A stretch of 64,000 nucleotides of DNA, from IMG/VR virus record IMGVR_UViG_3300013307_000673; one strand, written 5' to 3'. Every line of letters begins with the position of its first letter. Positions within the stretch are counted from its first letter, which is position 1. This stretch comes from a virus. Taxonomy: Duplodnaviria; Heunggongvirae; Uroviricota; Caudoviricetes. Positions 1-11,074 of the stretch are shown piece after piece. The position numbers were made by a program, and so were the translations under genes. The notes beneath the pieces were generated by a model. It was not told the DNA's origin. It ran no database searches and saw only the letters and a program-made list of their open reading frames with translations.

Positions 1-232
1 AAACCTAATGTTTTATTATATACATCTTCCTGACGTGCTATCATATCATTTAGAACTCTTGTTTCGCTATTATAGTGTTCTCTCACCAAGCGATCCATTT
101 CATGATAATTGGGAGTTTTCGATTTTTGATGCTGTATAGCCTCTTCTATTTCTCGCATCATCGTTGAAATCCGAGAAAGTTGTTTAGCTATTTTTTTCTT
201 GTCTTTTACGACATTCTTTTTATTAAAAAAGA

Positions 233-454
233 TCATTTTATTTTTTTTGCCTTGTGTTCTCTTAACATACGAGTAATAGGATTATTAAACGCTTTTATTT
301 CAGCAACGCTTACTCTTTTACGTCCCTGACATAGCTGACACGTTTTAAGAAGACCGCTACATTCAGGACAGACTTTAAATGGACCAAACTTAACATGGTA
401 TGAATGACGGATAGCATTAACAATAATCTTTTGAATACCCGAAACTTCACTCAT
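233..454 (-). CDS. small zinc-ribbon protein (paralog of N-terminus of 549..1187)
   Basis: CPECSG..TCQLCQG CxxC pairs; similar to CPSCQG..CDICGG of next ORF. Confidence 0.7.
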   Translation of the reverse strand: MSEVSGIQKIIVNAIRHSYHVKFGPFKVCPECSGLLKTCQLCQGRKRVSVAEIKAFNNPITRMLREHKAKKIK

Positions 455-548
455 TTTAATACCTCTTAAAATATTTTAGTAATCGCACTCAATATCTCTG
501 CTTCTTTATATAAAATAATTTTAGCTCATTATTATCTAATAAGTGGGG

Positions 549-1187
549 CTAAAAATCATAGGTATAGATTTTTTTTAACATTTTATTGATGCTTTCTTCT
601 GCTGCTACAAATTTTTTCCTGAATTCTATTTTTATTTCAAACATTTCTTCTGGCTTCATCACATCAGGAATATCACAAACTTCAGCCAACAGAAGGCTTC
701 TCGCGATCAGTTTTTCTTCGATAAAAGACACCAGTTCAAGTTTTAAAATCTGATATTCTACAAAACTATTATTATTCATAGAATAACAACTCAATAAACT
801 ATTGTTTTTATTCAGATAAAAGTCCAGTTCTTTTATATCGGACGTTTTTAACATTAAGTCATTAATTAACTCTTCTTTAAAATCCTTTGTTAAACATTTC
901 CTTTTGTCGGCCTGATGTATTTTTTCCTGAATACTTTCATCTTTTTCTTTTATTTGCTGACGGATTGAGTTTAAGCGATTAATCTTATTACGTTTAATCA
1001 GCTCAGGACGTAAGTTGGCATCGTTAAACATCGCTAAATCTTTTCTGGACACTTTACCCATACCGCCACAAATATCACAATTCTTAGCGGCAGAGACGCT
1101 TCCCTGACAGGAGGGACATATTTTAGATAGGCTATGCTGATCTAATGTAGAATCAATCACTTTCTTCACGCCTGTAAAAATACCCAT
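549..1187 (-). CDS. DnaJ-type zinc-finger/coiled-coil hypothetical protein
   Basis: 212 aa; CxxCxG..CxxCxGxG motif then helical region; ends in TAG. Confidence 0.75.
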   Translation of the reverse strand: MGIFTGVKKVIDSTLDQHSLSKICPSCQGSVSAAKNCDICGGMGKVSRKDLAMFNDANLRPELIKRNKINRLNSIRQQIKEKDESIQEKIHQADKRKCLTKDFKEELINDLMLKTSDIKELDFYLNKNNSLLSCYSMNNNSFVEYQILKLELVSFIEEKLIARSLLLAEVCDIPDVMKPEEMFEIKIEFRKKFVAAEESINKMLKKIYTYDF

Positions 1188-1472
1188 TTTTTCACCTTTA
1201 ATGTAATTTACTGGAGTTGTGTCAACTCTGACTCAGTGTATTATGACATTTGCTTTTATGAACATCAACCATTTTGTCAACAATCGCTCTTGATTCATCA
1301 AGCAAATTACAGGTTTTCTGAATATCTTCCACGCAGCCTTTTGTCATTGCTTTAAAAACGGGATCGCCCAGCAGAAGACTAAGCAAATAGTCACTTATTG
1401 CGGCATATAACTTTTTTATATTTGTGGATATTCCTCAAAGAAAAAAGCAGGCAACAGCCCGCTTCTTTTTCG

Positions 1473-1802
1473 TTATTCAATTACTGACATAGTGATCGCC
1501 AAACCAACTACTTTAAGGGCTGAAAGTTGGTTCTCACTTAGTTCATCTTTCAGATCACTATCAATGAAAGACTGAGCCTGTTTTTCCGTATCAAACGCAA
1601 GCAGATTTTCCTGACCTTCACAGTTAAACTCGTTATCTGATAAACCAAAAACGCTTGAGATACGAGCACTGAAATCCACATGGTCAAATGAATATTGATC
1701 CTCGCCTGAATCTTCATCTTCTAACTGGTGGAGACACATTCCAGTATTTTTATCCATAATCAGGAAAAGAAACGCGTTTTCTTTAGACATAATATTTTTC
1801 AC
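1473..1802 (-). CDS. hypothetical protein
   Basis: Acidic ORF directly behind a TTGTGC promoter, followed by a terminator. Confidence 0.8.
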   Translation of the reverse strand: MKNIMSKENAFLFLIMDKNTGMCLHQLEDEDSGEDQYSFDHVDFSARISSVFGLSDNEFNCEGQENLLAFDTEKQAQSFIDSDLKDELSENQLSALKVVGLAITMSVIE

Positions 1803-1822
1803 CTTTTGTTTAATATGAAGTT

Positions 1823-1852
1823 ATCATATCATAATCTTCCGTCCTGCACAAC
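1823..1852 (-). promoter_or_regulatory. sigma70-like phage promoter TTGTGC-N17-TATGAT (representative of a repeated family)
   Basis: Same -35 GTTGTGCA/CTTGTGCA with 17-nt spacer and TAnnnT also at ~6764-6792, 11735-11763, 28498-28526, 29046-29074, 39604-39632, 40504-40532, 41020-41048, 41241-41269, 52028-52056, 55227-55255, 56048-56076, 63637-63665. Confidence 0.85.
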
Positions 1853-1877
1853 AAAAAAGACGCCCGGAGGCATCTTT

Positions 1878-2567
1878 TTACATATGTTTCCCAACCGTTT
1901 CTGGATGATAAATACTGTCTTCTTCCAGTACTCTTCTTCCCATAGGCTTGATGCTTTCAGGCCGAAACACGCTTTGAATAAATGGCACTACTTGATACTT
2001 TTCTTCACCTACAAGGAACAGTAAAACTTTACCACGCTGAACCTCACAACCTTTCACAGTTTGAGATCTTTCCTCATAGTGAGGATAGTCAAAGAATCCA
2101 ATAAAATCATCTCTTACCTCAGCACGAATAGCACGCTCAAAATCAAAATAGTCCATCTCTGCCGATAATGGCATCTCAATAGGCTCAACGGATTTGAATC
2201 GTCCGATCCAAGTAAAATCATACACCTCTTTAACCGTTTCATTGAGATTTCCTGACCATTTAGCTCTTGTCGCTTCTGATAAATGAACATTGCTTTCATT
2301 TTTTGGCAAAAATGAACTTCCGATACATCCTAAAAAAAGCGCATCAGGAGATTCTTTCTGTAAAGGATTAACAAAATAAACGTCTACAACTTCTGCTCCC
2401 TCGCCCCAATCTCCACGATCACTGATGTAATACAAAGCCTCTTTCATTGTTTCTACCGGGAGCGTCATCAATGACTGAAACAGGTGTAAGAAATCCTCAC
2501 CTTTCTCATGCTCGATTAGTTTCTCTGTAAGCTTAACACAGCTTTCCTCAACAATACGTGCTTTCAT
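1878..2567 (-). CDS. hypothetical protein
   Basis: 229-aa ORF in codirectional operon with GGAG RBS. Confidence 0.85.
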   Translation of the reverse strand: MKARIVEESCVKLTEKLIEHEKGEDFLHLFQSLMTLPVETMKEALYYISDRGDWGEGAEVVDVYFVNPLQKESPDALFLGCIGSSFLPKNESNVHLSEATRAKWSGNLNETVKEVYDFTWIGRFKSVEPIEMPLSAEMDYFDFERAIRAEVRDDFIGFFDYPHYEERSQTVKGCEVQRGKVLLFLVGEEKYQVVPFIQSVFRPESIKPMGRRVLEEDSIYHPETVGKHM

Positions 2568-2582
2568 CTTATACTCCTTTTC

Positions 2583-3446
2583 TTATTGGGTTGCCACTAT
2601 ACTCATTTCTGACCAGCTCATCAAGGTTTTTGTTGGTAATACTTTGCGCAGACAAACCTGACTTGATTTGCTTTCTTTGTAGGAATTTACACGATATTTT
2701 GTGTTTTTACCATCTTTCCACACAAAACTACAGCCACTTACCTCCACCTCAGCCAACAGATCATCCTGCAGAGGCGAAGAAGATAGATTATATTTAATCC
2801 AGTGATTTAAAATAGCAGTAAAGATTACGTCATCTTGCACAAAAACATCTTCTTCGCTCTGATCTAATACATCTTCAAGAGACTTTTCTATGTCAAAGAT
2901 AATACCTGTCGCTTCCTGACTTTTAGAAACTGGCGTTGACGCAGGGCGCTCACCATTCAGAGCACTCTCAGCAGTGCGCTCAAACATAAACTTGGCAACT
3001 GTCTTTTCACGTAGCGCAAACTCATCTTCACTGATAAGCCCACTACGCCATGAGCTAAGCAGAAAACGTGCAATAATAACCGCCTCAGCCACACCTTCAT
3101 CGTTTGACTTGGATAACTCGCATAACAGAACAAGATAGCCCATAATACGCCTGTAGCTCTTCTCAGTGCGTTTAGAGAGATACTCTATATGCGCTTCAAT
3201 AAAATCCTCAGAGGCACTACCTTCATGTTTTACTTTAACTTGTTGCTGATCAACATTCTCCAGAGTAATACCGAGTGGATCAAGCTTAATCAGGACTGCT
3301 TCTACAAGACGCGCAGACACATTCATCAGCATAGATGAAAAATCCTCATCATGATGCATTGACACAACATTATTATCAAAATGAAAATGGTTATTTTCGA
3401 TATACCCTCGACCAACGATTACACGCATGATGTTTTCCTTATCCAA
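2583..3446 (-). CDS. hypothetical protein
   Basis: 287-aa ORF, overlaps upstream stop. Confidence 0.85.
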   Translation of the reverse strand: MDKENIMRVIVGRGYIENNHFHFDNNVVSMHHDEDFSSMLMNVSARLVEAVLIKLDPLGITLENVDQQQVKVKHEGSASEDFIEAHIEYLSKRTEKSYRRIMGYLVLLCELSKSNDEGVAEAVIIARFLLSSWRSGLISEDEFALREKTVAKFMFERTAESALNGERPASTPVSKSQEATGIIFDIEKSLEDVLDQSEEDVFVQDDVIFTAILNHWIKYNLSSSPLQDDLLAEVEVSGCSFVWKDGKNTKYRVNSYKESKSSQVCLRKVLPTKTLMSWSEMSIVATQ

Positions 3447-4095
3447 ATGTTTTAGGGGTTATCGCCTGATAGGAATGAAGTAGCGGCCTTGTAAAATCAC
3501 GCTCTTTATCCACATCAATCAGACCTGCCATACATAACATGCCTTGAGTCATTCCAAGATATAAATGCTGTATTTCTGGCGTATACTCAGCAGCATTCGC
3601 AGGATTTGACATATCTTCAAGGAAAGCTAACTCTCTTGCCTTTGAAATACCCTCATCCCATCTTAAAGGCGCAGAAAACTCGCTATCTGGATGACCTTCG
3701 AGTAGCGCTTTCTCATGCTCAAAGCATTCTCTTAAAACGCTCTTAGAAATCTCATGAGCCACAATGAAACTAACCGGACGAGCATCACTTTTTAACCCAG
3801 CCATATCAATAATCTGACGTGTGAAGCCAAGCCAGCGATAAAGCTTATCATGAGGATAATTCATAAGATTTGTTAACGCCTCATTTACCAGTCTAACCAA
3901 ATGGGCTTTCTGACATTTAACTGGAATAACTGAAATCTCATCGGGGAAGTCAGATGATTTTACTACATCAGCATAGCGGGAAAAAAGCTGAGAAAGCACC
4001 TCTCGCTCAAGAGTTTCTCTTGCTTTATCTTTCGCTTGAGCCTTTTTAAGCGCTTCTTGAATAGCTTTCTTACTCATAGGTTTTTCTTCAGGCAT
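3439..4095 (-). CDS. conserved phage hypothetical protein
   Basis: 218 aa; internally repeated HxxYxWLGF / HxYLGMxQG-like segments. Confidence 0.8.
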   Translation of the reverse strand: MPEEKPMSKKAIQEALKKAQAKDKARETLEREVLSQLFSRYADVVKSSDFPDEISVIPVKCQKAHLVRLVNEALTNLMNYPHDKLYRWLGFTRQIIDMAGLKSDARPVSFIVAHEISKSVLRECFEHEKALLEGHPDSEFSAPLRWDEGISKARELAFLEDMSNPANAAEYTPEIQHLYLGMTQGMLCMAGLIDVDKERDFTRPLLHSYQAITPKTFG

Positions 4096-4106
4096 AATGT
4101 TCTCTT

Positions 4107-4490
4107 TTATGGTTTAACGACTTTATAGACACCAAAACAGTTTCCGTCCTGACTGTTTTTGTCTGTTCGCGGATAGTTGATTTTGTAGAATCCTGATTTA
4201 GGTATGGTCTCATAAATCTCGCCTTGACTCCTGACACCAGAAGGTGGAATTACGCAGGATAATGTGTTGTAGGCAAACAGTTCATCATCATCCGTCTTGA
4301 TGACATTATTGAATGGGCCGTATCTGCCATCTTCAACACGCTTAAGACCTTCTCCGGGCCTGTAAGGATTGACAAACTCATATGTGATGTCTGATTGTGT
4401 CTTGATAGAAACAACATCATTGCTCGCCGCTGAGAAGGCAGTAAGCCCTAATACTATTCCAGCTATTATCTTTTTCATAACTCTCTCCAT
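4107..4490 (-). CDS. secreted/periplasmic hypothetical protein
   Basis: Signal peptide MKKIIAGIVLGLTAFSAAS. Confidence 0.75.
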   Translation of the reverse strand: MERVMKKIIAGIVLGLTAFSAASNDVVSIKTQSDITYEFVNPYRPGEGLKRVEDGRYGPFNNVIKTDDDELFAYNTLSCVIPPSGVRSQGEIYETIPKSGFYKINYPRTDKNSQDGNCFGVYKVVKP

Positions 4491-4546
4491 TTTTTGGAAT
4501 AGTATAGATTAAAAGCAGATTTAAAATCCACTTTAATGAATATCTC

Positions 4547-5035
4547 TTACGACCAGAACACATCCCGGTTTCTGAGCTTGGCATTTTTTACCACTTCCAG
4601 CATATCCGTCAACCTTGACTTGATATAGCCAACATCTACGCCCATGCTCATGAAGTTATGGCTCTCCTCTTGCTTAATTTCATAGCCAGACAAGATATCA
4701 TCTGAGCGATTCAAAGCCAGCATCAGCTTGCGCTGAAAACTAAAGAGATCGGCTACCTTGACACTTCCCACATAGCCATCTTGCTCTGCCACAATAGCCA
4801 TATTAACATCAATCAGGCGAAGGATGTGTGCAAAGTTGCGATTACACATGTTTACTTCATGCTTGAAATCAATTTTATCCACCATCTCATAATAGCGGCC
4901 CGTATCTTCTTCTTTAGACACATAGGGATCACCTTCAAATTGATAATCAGGAATGCCCGGATATGCCTCATCCATGTAAAGCTTTACTTTTTCGACAGTA
5001 GTATAGTCCAGATCAACCTGAAAGGTAACGCTCAT
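4547..5035 (-). CDS. hypothetical protein
   Basis: 162-aa acidic ORF. Confidence 0.8.
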   Translation of the reverse strand: MSVTFQVDLDYTTVEKVKLYMDEAYPGIPDYQFEGDPYVSKEEDTGRYYEMVDKIDFKHEVNMCNRNFAHILRLIDVNMAIVAEQDGYVGSVKVADLFSFQRKLMLALNRSDDILSGYEIKQEESHNFMSMGVDVGYIKSRLTDMLEVVKNAKLRNRDVFWS

Positions 5036-5207
5036 GATAGTTTTTCCATATAGAAGTGGGATTGCTAGGTAGTATAGTTAAAAACATTATCAAAGTCTAC
5101 TAATAAAACAACAAATAGGTGTCTTTATTTTTCCTTTTTTTGCTTGAAATCAACATCGAATTATGCGATCATAGCCTTACTAAATCAAGCCACTCCTATT
5201 TATAAAC

Positions 5208-6044
5208 ATGAGGTTCATCATGCTCCAGATTACTGAAAAAGACATGGCATTCCGTAAGTTAGATCTTGATTATTCAATCAATAGTGTCGGTCATATTGAC
5301 AAGATGATCCCTTTCTTTGCGCTTCTGGCGGAGAAAATCAATCTCAACGCCAATCCTGCCAAAGTGTTCTTCTTTCACCTGCTGAAGCATTATGCAGTTA
5401 ATGATGATGTAGATTTCAGCTTTAAAACTAAAGAGCGTTTCCTGCGCAATTTCATTTTCAAAAAACAACATGGTCGCGTTATGCAGAAAAGCTATCAGTA
5501 TGTTGATCCTGTTTGGCTTTCCATGTATGTGCCTGAGTTTTACGAAACCATCAATGGCATCTTTGAAGGCGATGATGTAGCAACACCCGTGCTTAAGCGT
5601 AAAGGTTGCGCACTTTATGAAAAACACAGTGATGAATCAAAACAGAAAACTGAAGAGTTCTGGAATACTCTGACTCCGGCGCTGGCTCATCTGGACCCTT
5701 CCCTATCAGAAAACGCAGCGACTCTGTTTCTTATTGAGCTTCTGAAAGATGGCGGTGTAGAGATTCCTATTCAAAATGAAGCACACTGGTTTTATAAAGC
5801 CTTTCGTCAGACTGACGTGATTGATAATGATGTATTCACCCTTGATTTTACCTGTGAGGGGTATATTGATTTTGATCGGGGAGAGACAAGGGTTCTTAAA
5901 GACGCGATTGTTTGGAAGCTTCTTAATGAGCGCCCTTATCTATGCGCTAAAGCAGATCTTAAAAATCTGGAGCCGAATCAGGCCTTCTTTGATGCTGTAG
6001 CATTATTCTTTAAAGAGGAAGGCGAGCAAGAAGCCACGGCTTAA
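5208..6044 (+). CDS. hypothetical protein
   Basis: 278-aa ORF, GAGG RBS before the second Met, terminator downstream. Confidence 0.85.
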   Translation: MRFIMLQITEKDMAFRKLDLDYSINSVGHIDKMIPFFALLAEKINLNANPAKVFFFHLLKHYAVNDDVDFSFKTKERFLRNFIFKKQHGRVMQKSYQYVDPVWLSMYVPEFYETINGIFEGDDVATPVLKRKGCALYEKHSDESKQKTEEFWNTLTPALAHLDPSLSENAATLFLIELLKDGGVEIPIQNEAHWFYKAFRQTDVIDNDVFTLDFTCEGYIDFDRGETRVLKDAIVWKLLNERPYLCAKADLKNLEPNQAFFDAVALFFKEEGEQEATA

Positions 6045-6063
6045 CCTGCTATTTAACTAACAT

Positions 6064-6091
6064 AAAAAAGAGAGGCAAGCCTCTCTTTTTT
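6064..6091. terminator. bidirectional intrinsic terminator
   Basis: AAAAAAGAGAGGC-AA-GCCTCTCTTTTTT downstream of 5208..6044, facing minus-strand genes; near-identical reverse copy at 12671-12699. Confidence 0.85.
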
Positions 6092-6362
6092 CATTCTGCT
6101 AATACGACATTCGTAAAAGAATCCATTAACAACCCAAGCGATTCTTCCATAGATTCCATACTGCCTGAGTCATTCCTGTCTGTCTCAATATCCTTTTTAT
6201 TTTGGTTCAAAGTATTCTCAAGATCTAAACTCATTTCTATTTCCTCTTTATGATTAATATCTCTATTAATTACATCACAGCCTGGAAAATAGTCAAATAT
6301 ATTAGATTATTCCTAATAAAAAAGGAGACTTTCGTCACCTTTTATTTTAACATTTCGTAATC

Positions 6363-6731
6363 TTACTTCCCGAAAGCTTTTTTCCATCGCATAATGCCCG
6401 GCAGCTTATCAGAGGGAATTGTTTTCAGGATATTCTCAACAAAGACATCAAGCTCTTTTGATTGTTCCTGAGCGATACGCGCTGACCATTTACCATTATC
6501 ATCCAGCGCCTCTAAATCGAAATCGGCAGTGGTTGGCATACATTGATGCTGACGATTAGTAGAGATATAATACGCAAGCATACGCCAGACATATTTCGCC
6601 TCTCCTGTCGCATTTTTAGGCTTCGTTCTATACAAGGAACCATCTGACTTAAATACCTGACTGGCAATCTCTGCAGTCTTACCTGAAAAACGCGCCAAAT
6701 CAACCTTGGGAGAAACCATTACATTGAACAT
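6363..6731 (-). CDS. conserved phage hypothetical protein
   Basis: 122 aa with YVWRM..Y and C-M-P motifs; own promoter and GAGG RBS. Confidence 0.8.
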   Translation of the reverse strand: MFNVMVSPKVDLARFSGKTAEIASQVFKSDGSLYRTKPKNATGEAKYVWRMLAYYISTNRQHQCMPTTADFDLEALDDNGKWSARIAQEQSKELDVFVENILKTIPSDKLPGIMRWKKAFGK

Positions 6732-6954
6732 ATTATCCTCAAAATGTTATTAATATAGGAATCATTATATCAAAACTGATAACGATGCACAAGAGTTATC
6801 TATTCACATTACTCAATGATAAAATAATAACCTATTGTATAATAAAAATTATTTAATAAAAAATCTATTCATGTATCTATTCATTGATACAGATATTTTA
6901 TACTGTATTAAAAAAACAATACAAAAACAGAGGCACAGCCTCTGTTTTATGTTA

Positions 6955-8052
6955 TTAACACTCTTTTAGTTTTTTCTCAAAGACTTCTTCAGCGTAGGCT
7001 TTGTCTTCATCAGTCATAACATATGTATCACCTTGAGAAGCCCGATGTTTCGTCTTTTCTCCACCGATCCAATACCATGCAAGCTTAATCTTTTGCGTTG
7101 GTGGTAATGTTTGATTTTCTTTACTATCATTCGACTTAAAGTATTTCAACTTTAATGTTCCGAATACCAACATATATTTACGAATAGAGCAAAAATCACC
7201 ATAATTACTTTCAAGATCATGATTAACCCAAGCATTTTTTTCTAAAAACTTAGGCGTTAAATCCATTTCCATCATAACATTTTGAGATTTTAAAAACTGC
7301 AACATAAAAGACTGCTCTTCTTTGATACGGTTTACTTCTGTATCACTTTTATGTGCTCTTTCGGCATGGTTTAGCGCTGCCTGATAATAAACGCCCGCCA
7401 CACAAGCAAAAACAAACAGTTCTTCTTTTGTTCCAAAAATTGGATTTTCTGTATGCTTTTTAAACATCTCAACTACATAGGACGCATGTTCAAAATCCAT
7501 CATGTCTGTTAGCTGATAAGGGATAAAAAATACCGGCTTACTCAATAAATAATCGCGTTTCTTCACATATTCAGCTTTTTGCTCTTCATTTATACTTTTA
7601 TCTGGAAACATATAGCGATATGTTAACAGCGAAGAAGCTTCTTCATGAGTAAAGTCAACCTTATTCTCATCAAAAAGCGATTCTTTGCCTTTTTCTTTGG
7701 CTTTCCAAAATAATTTAAAACTGAACTTCTTAATCAGCTTTTTATCCGCAAACACATAATCTCTGGCAAATACCCAAATATCATCTTGTTTACAAAAATG
7801 AACCCAACTAACAACTTGATTTATCTTAGCTTCCAGATTAATCCAGTCTTTCTCAAATAAAGCTTTTATTCCATCAAGCCATTCAGATATGGTTGCTTCA
7901 GAAATAGCCTCTTTCATAAGACGCTTATGTGGCTCACCTTCATCAAGCCATTGCTTGAGTTCTTTAAGATCCTTTTCTCGCACCCATTCTCTGATAATGC
8001 TGATATTAAATGGCTGAACTTTTGTGTCATAGCGGGGATTATATTGTGTCAT
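6955..8052 (-). CDS. hypothetical protein
   Basis: 365-aa ORF, GAGG RBS. Confidence 0.85.
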   Translation of the reverse strand: MTQYNPRYDTKVQPFNISIIREWVREKDLKELKQWLDEGEPHKRLMKEAISEATISEWLDGIKALFEKDWINLEAKINQVVSWVHFCKQDDIWVFARDYVFADKKLIKKFSFKLFWKAKEKGKESLFDENKVDFTHEEASSLLTYRYMFPDKSINEEQKAEYVKKRDYLLSKPVFFIPYQLTDMMDFEHASYVVEMFKKHTENPIFGTKEELFVFACVAGVYYQAALNHAERAHKSDTEVNRIKEEQSFMLQFLKSQNVMMEMDLTPKFLEKNAWVNHDLESNYGDFCSIRKYMLVFGTLKLKYFKSNDSKENQTLPPTQKIKLAWYWIGGEKTKHRASQGDTYVMTDEDKAYAEEVFEKKLKEC

Positions 8053-8110
8053 AAATGCCTCAATAGTTAGTCTTTATCAAGGCATTATATCATTTTAGGC
8101 AGGTTAAAAG

Positions 8111-8521
8111 CTATACATTTTTTTGATTTTTATATTTTATCTCGGCCCATCTCACAATCACATAAGCCAACAAAGAAACTACAAAGAACACCAACATCAT
8201 CCACGCAAGCCCCTGCAGCGTTTCTATCACAGTTCGGTATACTTCAAGAAACCAGCGCTCTGTAGTGAGTTCTAAGGCCTTATTTCCATCCTTGCCATAC
8301 ATGACAGGGGAAATGTATTTCTCAACGTCATAAACGCGTATACCGGAGGATATGCCCACCACCATTCCGGCAAACTTTGTATATTTAGCCCACGAAGTGT
8401 TAATCGGATCGTCGATGATACGATTAACAATATTATTAATGGATTTTGAGAAAAAAGATATAACAACCAATGACACAGAAGCCGCCACCAGGAAGTTTAC
8501 TACGATAAGATAAAAGAACAT
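8111..8521 (-). CDS. inner-membrane protein (about 3 TM)
   Basis: Hydrophobic segments at N-terminus, middle and C-terminus; GGAGG RBS. Confidence 0.75.
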   Translation of the reverse strand: MFFYLIVVNFLVAASVSLVVISFFSKSINNIVNRIIDDPINTSWAKYTKFAGMVVGISSGIRVYDVEKYISPVMYGKDGNKALELTTERWFLEVYRTVIETLQGLAWMMLVFFVVSLLAYVIVRWAEIKYKNQKNV

Positions 8522-8674
8522 GACCCACCTCCTTTATTAATAACCTCAGTGTATCATATTTAATCAAAAACAAAATAACCACAGTTCTATTTATGTGTGT
8601 CATTATTTAAAAAAATAAAAAGGCTTATCCCTTGCAGAGGATAAGCCTAACTTTATACCCTGTAAGGGATAATA

Positions 8675-9811
8675 TTATTTTAACGCTTTCTTAGCATATA
8701 GCTTGATAGCTGTCTGCTTGTATTCTGGCGTTTTACCCGCATAGAGCTGCATAAGTAATGGCATCAGTGCTTTCTCATCTTTAACCGCACGGGCGAAATC
8801 CCCACGTTCAAGATGTTTATTTGCCTCATAAAGAGCATTAACCTTAGCCACCATATCATGGTATGTCTGTTTAGCGTAAGCCTCAACCTTATCGGCATTA
8901 GCAAGACGCTGCTCAAGATTGTAGTTAGGACTGCGAGCCTTATATACAAACATTGAACGCACTTCATCAAGCATTTCATCAAGAGCCGCACGATAAAGAT
9001 TTTCACCTTCTTTGCTCAGATCCTGAATACTGATAACACTCACCATACTCAGATAAGGCAACGTCTTAATCTTGAGCATACGACCATCATTGAACTCAAG
9101 CACATAACCTTCAATGTCTTTACGGGTGATGTCTACATCTGCTACAGCAATAGGCTTAACCAGATGTGCAGCAATCACAGGATACTCTTTAGCAAACGCT
9201 TCAGAACGGATATCCAGATATTCACCTGTAAGTAAAGAACGCGCTTTCAGCACATGAACAGCATAATCTTTGTATTCGATCATTACACGGTTTACAGGTG
9301 TAGTCAGCTCCAGATCTACAGAGACATCTTTTTCGCTGAGCGCTTGAAGTTCCACTAAAAGCTCAGGAGAAATACTTTTATTTACTGCTTCTTTATTCAG
9401 GTATTCCGGCACATTTTTACTTTTGAACTTCACCAGACCATCAAAGGGAGAAATGTAGCTCGTCAGAAGAGAACCGTCTTCTTTGATATAAGCCATATCC
9501 GCATCGCCAATCTCGATTTTCAGATCTTCTTTCTCACCCTCACCCAAAGAAAAGAACTTCTTCATAGGCAGAGCCAGCAGTTGCGCTTCACCTGTGTTAG
9601 TATTAACTAAAAACAGAGTGCCTCGGCAGTTCAGACCATTTGGGCGCTTAAAATCAGAAAAACGAGGAAGCATGTAAGTAAATACGCGAAAAAGAAGATC
9701 GGAATGACCTTCAATCGGGTAATCTTTTGTTAAAAACTCACCGCTGCCTGTTTCTACAAGCTCAGTTAGTTCAGCAAACAGTGTTTTCTGAAAATTATTT
9801 TGTTCTTTCAT
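8675..9811 (-). CDS. rnl1: T4-type RNA ligase 1 (Rnl1/gp63 family)
   Basis: Motif I KEDGSL, N-terminal CRG..F and PMKKFFSLGE, NRVMI, EGYV (motif IV), LKIK (motif V); 378 aa like T4 Rnl1. Confidence 0.92.
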   Translation of the reverse strand: MKEQNNFQKTLFAELTELVETGSGEFLTKDYPIEGHSDLLFRVFTYMLPRFSDFKRPNGLNCRGTLFLVNTNTGEAQLLALPMKKFFSLGEGEKEDLKIEIGDADMAYIKEDGSLLTSYISPFDGLVKFKSKNVPEYLNKEAVNKSISPELLVELQALSEKDVSVDLELTTPVNRVMIEYKDYAVHVLKARSLLTGEYLDIRSEAFAKEYPVIAAHLVKPIAVADVDITRKDIEGYVLEFNDGRMLKIKTLPYLSMVSVISIQDLSKEGENLYRAALDEMLDEVRSMFVYKARSPNYNLEQRLANADKVEAYAKQTYHDMVAKVNALYEANKHLERGDFARAVKDEKALMPLLMQLYAGKTPEYKQTAIKLYAKKALK

Positions 9812-9819
9812 TTGTATCC

Positions 9820-10077
9820 TTATTTTTTACCAAACATGATATTATAGAGTTTTCCTGAAATAGCTTGCAGAGCCTGTTGAGCCTCGTTAGAAAGCTCAAG
9901 CTCTTCTCTATAAATCAACGCATCAAGCTCACCACGCACAGCCAAAACCTCTTCTCGTGTGCGATCTGCTTTTTCCATAAGCCAAGCAACTAAGGCTGTC
10001 GCATCATTATCGTTTTCAATGACCATTGTCTTAGCTTCAGTTCTGTAAAAACCGCTTTTTGACTCGTATTTAGGCAT
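9820..10077 (-). CDS. hypothetical protein
   Basis: 85-aa ORF co-transcribed with the ligase. Confidence 0.75.
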   Translation of the reverse strand: MPKYESKSGFYRTEAKTMVIENDNDATALVAWLMEKADRTREEVLAVRGELDALIYREELELSNEAQQALQAISGKLYNIMFGKK

Positions 10078-10134
10078 GACAACCTCTTTATTTATAAAAA
10101 TAGTATTATATCGATGTTGCCATTAAGAAGCAAG

Positions 10135-10470
10135 CTATTTGTGATCCTCATCATAGGTAGCCTTCCATTCTGAGATTTTTTCTTTTTCTTTTTCAGAGAA
10201 AACATCTGATGCTAATAAGCGAGGAATGGCCTTATCATAATGCTCATCGTCATCCTCTTCATTAGGAAAGGCTATAGGACAGATTCTGTTTTTTGCAATA
10301 GCTGCTTTTAGGGCTTTAACTGACTTTTTATTGCATTGCTCACAAGGAATATATCCCGTTCCCGTGAGTTTTCTGTCAGGCTTACCAAAATGCTTAAGAC
10401 TTTCAAAATCAACAATACAGCAATCAGGATAGCCATAATATTTACCAAGAACATACCACATTGAGATCAT
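10135..10470 (-). CDS. Cys-rich hypothetical protein
   Basis: GKYYGYPDCC...GTGYIPCxxC motif. Confidence 0.75.
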   Translation of the reverse strand: MISMWYVLGKYYGYPDCCIVDFESLKHFGKPDRKLTGTGYIPCEQCNKKSVKALKAAIAKNRICPIAFPNEEDDDEHYDKAIPRLLASDVFSEKEKEKISEWKATYDEDHK

Positions 10471-10558
10471 AACTTACTCCTCAAATGAAAATATGTTATC
10501 TGATTGCTGATTAAATTTTCAATTATATTAAAAAAAGAGAGCCGAAGCTCTCTTATAA

Positions 10559-11074
10559 TTACAGATCGTCTGTAGTGAAGATTACACCTTGTTTTGCGAA
10601 GATAGCGCCGTTATCTTCAACATCATCGCCAGACCAGTGAACTTTCCCATCGATAACCACTCCCCAAGGCTTGAGGAAGCTCTCGTTAATATATTTAAGC
10701 CATTCCAGATAGTCATAGGCTTTTTCCATTTCCCCCCATTTAAGCTTTGAGCCATTTTCAGCAGGCTCCCAACCACACCACGGATAAGATGGCTGTGTCG
10801 ATGCTGCGCAGTCCGAATTGATTACTGAAGCATCAACACTTTGACCATAAACACCATCATTAGCATTGAAAACGCAATACTCACCTTCAACACCAACAGG
10901 CAAGCCTACCGCTTCGCGAACCGGATCAGAAATCCCTGAGCATTTAGCAGCATTACGTTTCATGCGTTTACTTTCAGAAAAATCAAGTAAATAATCCTGT
11001 TGCGCTTGGCTAAGCGCAGGTGTCAATGTAAAAGTCCCACTAAAATTTGTATTATATCCCATGCTTTTCTCCAA
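10559..11074 (-). CDS. hypothetical protein, tandem paralog 1
   Basis: MGYNTNFSGTFTLTPAL...WCGWEP...WLKYI; clearly similar to 11108..11683. Confidence 0.85.
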   Translation of the reverse strand: MEKSMGYNTNFSGTFTLTPALSQAQQDYLLDFSESKRMKRNAAKCSGISDPVREAVGLPVGVEGEYCVFNANDGVYGQSVDASVINSDCAASTQPSYPWCGWEPAENGSKLKWGEMEKAYDYLEWLKYINESFLKPWGVVIDGKVHWSGDDVEDNGAIFAKQGVIFTTDDL